Source of the DNA: Heptranchias perlo
Lineage: Eukaryota
Length of the DNA stretch: 64,000 nt
NCBI RefSeq assembly: GCF_035084215.1
Contig: NW_027139717.1
Location: 1-64,000 of the forward strand
Direction: 5' to 3'
Every line of letters starts with the position of its first letter. Positions within the stretch are counted from its first letter, which is position 1. Shown piece by piece: positions 59,545 to 64,000 of the stretch. The translations under genes and the position numbers were made by a program. The notes beneath the pieces are model-generated. The model did no database searches, was not told the origin of the DNA, and saw only the letters and a list, made by a program, of their open reading frames with translations.

Positions 59545-61500
59545 ATCATTGAATCACCTTCAACACCTGAATTACATCACCACTTAATCCTCTATACACG
59601 AGGAAATACAAACCTTGTCCACGCAACTTGCCCTCATAATTTAACCATTTTAGCCCCGGTATCATTCTGGTGAAACTGCGCTGCATCCCCTCCACGGCCA
59701 ATATGTCTTTCCTGAGGGGTGTGCCCAGAACTGAATGCAATACTTTAAATGGGGTCTCACCAGAGCTTTCTATCTGGAACATATTTTCACGTCTTTGAAT
59801 TCCAGCTCCCTTGAGATAAAGGCCAACATCACATTAGACTTTCAAATTATTTTTTCAGCAGTCCACTGGCTTTTAGTGATTTCTGTACTTCGATCCCTAA
59901 ATCTCTCTGCTCCTCCATAGTTCTGAGCTTCTCACCATTCAGAAAATACTCTGATCTATATTGCTTCCGTCCAAAGTAGATGACCTTATACTTCCCCATA
60001 TTGAAAGTTTGAACAGGCTGGGGCTCTTCTGTATAGAAAAGAGGAGGCTGAGGGTGACCTGATATCGGGCTTTAAGATCATGTGAGGGCTTTATAGGTTA
60101 GGCATCGACAAGGTGTTCGTACTTGTGGGAGTGGGGACTCCAAAACATTGGGGCCATGAATATAATCCAGTCACTAATGTATCCAATCTGGCATTCAAGA
60201 GAAACAGACTTCCCCAGAGAGTCGTTAGAATGTTCAACTCACCACCACAAGGAGTAGTTCAGGCGAATAGAATGGATGCATTTACGGGGAAGCTGGATAA
60301 GCACATAGAGGAGAAGGGAATATTAGAGTTTGCTCATAGGGTTAGATGAAGAGGGGTTGGAGGAGGCTCGTCTGCAGCATAAACACCGGTATAGTCTAGT
60401 TGGGCCGAATTGCCTGTTTCTGTGATGTACATTCGATGTAATTCTATGTAAGCTCCATCTGACACAGTTTTACCAACTCACTGAATCTCTCAATTTCCCT
60501 TTGTAACTTTATGCTCCCATCTACACTACTCACTGCGCCTCCTAACTCGATGTCAGCGACAAACGTGAGTGTTCGGCTCTCTATTCCTTCATCTCCCTCA
60601 TTTATACGTATCGGAAAAAGCTGATGCTTTCATCACATCCGGCCAATTTGAGTACATCCCTTATTATCCCGGGCCTCTGCCTCCCACCTTCTAACCAACT
60701 CCCGACCCATTTCAATAGGTTGCCTTAAATTCCACGCACTCTCATTTTTGTTGACAGTCTCTTATGTGGTCCCTTATTGGATGCCTTTGGAAGTCAATGT
60801 CCATCTAACACCCAGAGACACTCCATTATCGAGCACGTTAGTTACATCTTCAAAAAGTTCAACGAGCTTTGTTAGACTTGACTTCCCCTTTACAAATCCA
60901 TGCTGGCTCTCTCTGATTACTCCATATTTATCCAAGTGCTCAGTCATTCTTTCCCCAATAACGGATACTGGTAACTTCCCCACAACAGGCGTCAGACTGA
61001 TAGGCCTAGAATTTCCAACTTTATCTCTCCGACCCATCCGAAATAATGGAGTGACATTGACAATGTTTCAATTAAAGCAACAATTCCTGAATCAAGAGAG
61101 TTTTGATCGATCATGAGTGAGCATGTAGAAGTTCCTTACCTATTCCTCTTATTCCCCTGGGATGGTAAACATCAGGTCCTGGAGATTTGACAATCTTCAA
61201 TCTCATTATTTTCTCCATTGCCATTATTTTATTTACACTGAATCCCCTTGATTTATTTACAGTTTTCCTCGTGTCTCTGCTATGTTCGCCTCATCCTTTT
61301 CTATGAAGACCGATGCAAAGTAAATATTTAGCAACTCTGCCATTTCCTGATTTTCAATTACAATATCACCTCCATCTGTCTTTAAGGGTCCCACATTACT
61401 CTTAGTCACCCTTCTTTCTCTCAATATACCTGTAAATACCTTAATTGTTGTCGTTATTTTCCCTCACAAGTTTTTGCTCCTTTTCCCTTTTTGGACCTCT
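59545..61500. mobile_element. Nested CR1 fragments (inverted paralog of 30750-32680)
   Basis: RPISLTPVVGK and QHGFVKGKS on -; an interrupting + strand tail at 60005-60450. Confidence 0.82.
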
Positions 61501-61885
61501 TCGGTTTTTTCGTTTCAGCACCACAATAAACAACACTTTGCTGTAAAGTTCGGCTCAATGATGGGCCGAAGGGCCTCTATCCGTGCTGTGTAACTCTATG
61601 ACTCAATAGTTCTCCAATGTCAGAGCGAGAATTGTCTGAACCCCGAATTGTCTGAACCCCGAATTTATTTAATGTAACAAACACAAGCACACTTAATCAT
61701 CGGTGTATCAACGCACTGATGGATACACAAAGATAAACACAGCGAGAAATGCAGGCAGTATCAGGATGCACAGGTAAACGGACAAGGGAAACAGACAAAG
61801 ATAAAACGGTCTGTGCCTCGAACAGACAGTAACGTGTCACTGATCGATATTAGTGAGACGAGGTGGGGAACAGGTGCTGTGAATT

Positions 61886-61959
61886 GGTGCTGTGGTTTAG
61901 TTGGTTAAAGCATCTGTCTTGTAAACAGGCGATCCTGGGTTCAACTCCCAGCAGTGTTT
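61886..61959 (+). pseudogene. tRNA-Thr(TGT), degenerate acceptor stem
   Basis: ggtgctgtggtttagttggttaaagcatctgtctTGTaaacaggcgatcctgggttcaactcccagcagtgttt. The T arm is intact; the acceptor stem has several G:U pairs. Confidence 0.8.
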
Positions 61960-62254
61960 TATGTAACTTATTATTTTTACCTAATTTGTGGAATTCAGCG
62001 ACAAAGTCACACTTTGGAATTGGTATTTGTTGAGGTTTGAGGAGGAAACCGATATCAGAATGACTGTTCAAAAACACCATTTCATCGCACAGACAGACCT
62101 CTCATAGAATGTGTCTGTAACACTTTAATTTAAGGACACATTCTTGTTTCTGGGCTTGTCGGGGTCAGGGTATAATTCACGATTTATGTCATTGAGGAGC
62201 GAATGGTTGTCTCCTCGACCTCCGGATAGCAGTGATAAAGTTCGAGGACACACA

Positions 62255-62490
62255 GAAGCGGACAGGGTGGTCGGGGTCTGGAACTCACTGTCTGAAAGGG
62301 TGGTCGAGGCAGAAAACCTCAACTCATTTCAAAAGTGCATGGATGTGCATTTGAAGTGCCGTAACCTACAGGGCTACGGACCAAGCCCTGGAAAGTGGGA
62401 TTAAGCTGGATAGCTCTTTTTCGGCCCTCACAGACACGATGGGCCGAATGGCTTCCTCTTGTGCTGTAGCTTTCTCTGATTCTATGATTC
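62255..62490 (+). mobile_element. CR1 3' tail
   Basis: RVVGVWNSLSERVVEAE, then a 3' UTR ending gattctatgattc. Confidence 0.85.
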
Positions 62491-62700
62491 CGTGTGTGGG
62501 AAGGGATTCACTCAGTCATCACACGTACTGAGACACCAGGGAGTTCAAAAGTGACTACAGGGGTTGGATTCTGCTGTTAATCCCATCCAGGACTGAACCA
62601 TGTTCATTCTGACAGTTGGGGTTTGTTTCTCCTGATGTTAATAAGCCCTATAACTGGGCTGGAGTTTAATATTCTGGATATGTTAAATAAATCAGCTTTG
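62490..62700 (+). pseudogene. Orphan 3' end of a ZNF gene (last finger plus 3' UTR)
   Basis: gtgtgtgggaagggattcactcagtcatcacacgtactgagacaccag..ggttggattctgc..catccaggactgaac matches 18082-18188; AATAAA at about 62686. Confidence 0.75.
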
Positions 62701-63233
62701 TTTTAAACCCTTGTTGTAGATTTTGGTCTTTCCCACCTGAGTGTTTAGCATCACCTGACTGGAGCTCAGAAAGGACAATCTGGGGGGAGGATCGTCCGGT
62801 GGGAACAGAACTTCAGCCTGGACACAGTCCTTCAGGGCCACACTGAGAGGGGCAAACGGCACTTTGGTCTTTCTCGTCTCTCTTCACTGATAGCAAAGTC
62901 ACCGTGCGGCGTCCAGTCTAAAAATGACCGTCGTAATTATTCTATGAAGATTTAACCTGTTTGTGTGACTGTCCTGAGTCTACCATTTAAGGCAGGCGTT
63001 AACTCATTTAAAATAAACCCGCTTAAAATAAATGGGTTATGAATTGTGATTTCCGTGAAGCCAATGTTCCATTCCTTTATATGATTCATGTGCCTGCTCT
63101 CCGACAACAGGGTAAATGGTGGAATATCAGCCCTGCTCAGCCGGCAATGATCACGGTACATTTTCTTGCAGACAAAACACACATTGAAACCCTGGAACTT
63201 TGAGGTGATGAATCCTGAGGGAAAATAAAATTA

Positions 63234-63281
63234 GGGCTCGAAACATCAAACTTTTGCGCCAACCGATAGCACCACCGAGAC
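63234..63281 (-). pseudogene. Second anticodon-armless tRNA-Asn remnant
   Basis: Lies inside the direct duplication 63037-64000 of 29215-30184 and has the same deletion. Confidence 0.58.
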
Positions 63282-64000
63282 AGGTGAAGAAGTCACTGAG
63301 CTGAACTTTTTGATTGCAGTGACCAATAGAACAGCTGTCTACTGTCAGTTTACTTTTCCAAAATGAATGGTTGAAACTTGCAGGAGTGAAAATCCAACGA
63401 GCTGGTCTTCACTCTTAAACCAGCAACTGTGAAGTTAAGAGAAACGTGCCGGAGAAATACTCGATTTCAGCGCGGTGTCACTGGGCCAGAGTAAAGCTCA
63501 GTTAATATGATCGCCGAGTGGCGAGAGGGTGGATTTGGAATTCCTGAGCGACCGCACTTTGAATTTTCCAGATCTGCTTGGAGCACCAATACCTTCAATT
63601 CATCACTTACAGGGACAATTTGATTCTCGGTTTCTTTTCCCTGAGCTTGGTGAACTTTTCAAAATTGAAAGCGACCAATATCAGAGCGAAACTCGTCACC
63701 AACATGCTCACAGATACAGAGCGGCCTCACTCTGCTTCAGTGAGATGAAAACCCAGAGCGGTTTCAAGGTCGAATGCAATTGCAAAGAAAGCTCGATCAA
63801 TGAAAGTGCAGGTCATTGAGGTGCCTTTAAAGTCCTGATTGTTTGAACTGAATTTCTTCCGAAAGCGCTTCAGATTCAGGTGGAGTGATTTGGGGACTTC
63901 CTTTCCCTCTTTGCAAAAGTTTGAACCGCAGCTCAAGATCAAAAGTCCCGGGCTAAATGAGGGATTCGCCGGGATATGAACCTCGCATCGAGAATTATAC

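Larger units (their letters stand above)
55620..62180 (+). other. Inverted duplication of about 30170-36107 (high identity 55620-59700, lower beyond)
   Basis: ORFs 58590..58772 and 58669..58866 mirror 33462..33644 and 33368..33565; the CR1 and tRNA-Thr segment is mirrored but more diverged. Confidence 0.9.

Overview
This is vertebrate genomic DNA, most likely from a cartilaginous fish (shark or ray). The evidence is a Deu-domain tRNA SINE, dense CR1 LINE fragments, Penelope-type ends and shark-style C2H2 arrays beginning [14 protein letters not shown]. The window is a segmental-duplication mosaic. A module made of a decayed TMED10 (p24delta/Tmp21) gene and a CpG-promoter C2H2 zinc-finger gene occupies about 1-18.1 kb (+) and recurs inverted at about 33.6-49.0 kb (-). 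A third zinc-finger copy (55.6-59.7 kb, +) mirrors 32.5-36.1 kb. The spacer holds a retroviral-type LTR with a tRNA-Arg primer-binding site and a cluster of mostly degenerate tRNA genes (Ala, Ser, Glu, Asn, Thr). The most notable signals are: (1) fold-back Penelope-derived elements carrying minimal hammerhead-ribozyme motifs, one with an intact core and a captured piece of local DNA; (2) three ZNF paralogs with near-identical flanks but reshuffled finger arrays, two shared upstream in-frame TGAs, and an ATG-to-ACG start in strong Kozak context in two copies; (3) a YY1-motif cluster plus an AT-rich inverted satellite at a duplication breakpoint; (4) a tRNA-Thr anticodon switch between paralogs. 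Most long ORFs in the supplied track are artefacts of minisatellites or LINE remnants. All calls were made by eye, and repeat and duplication boundaries are approximate.
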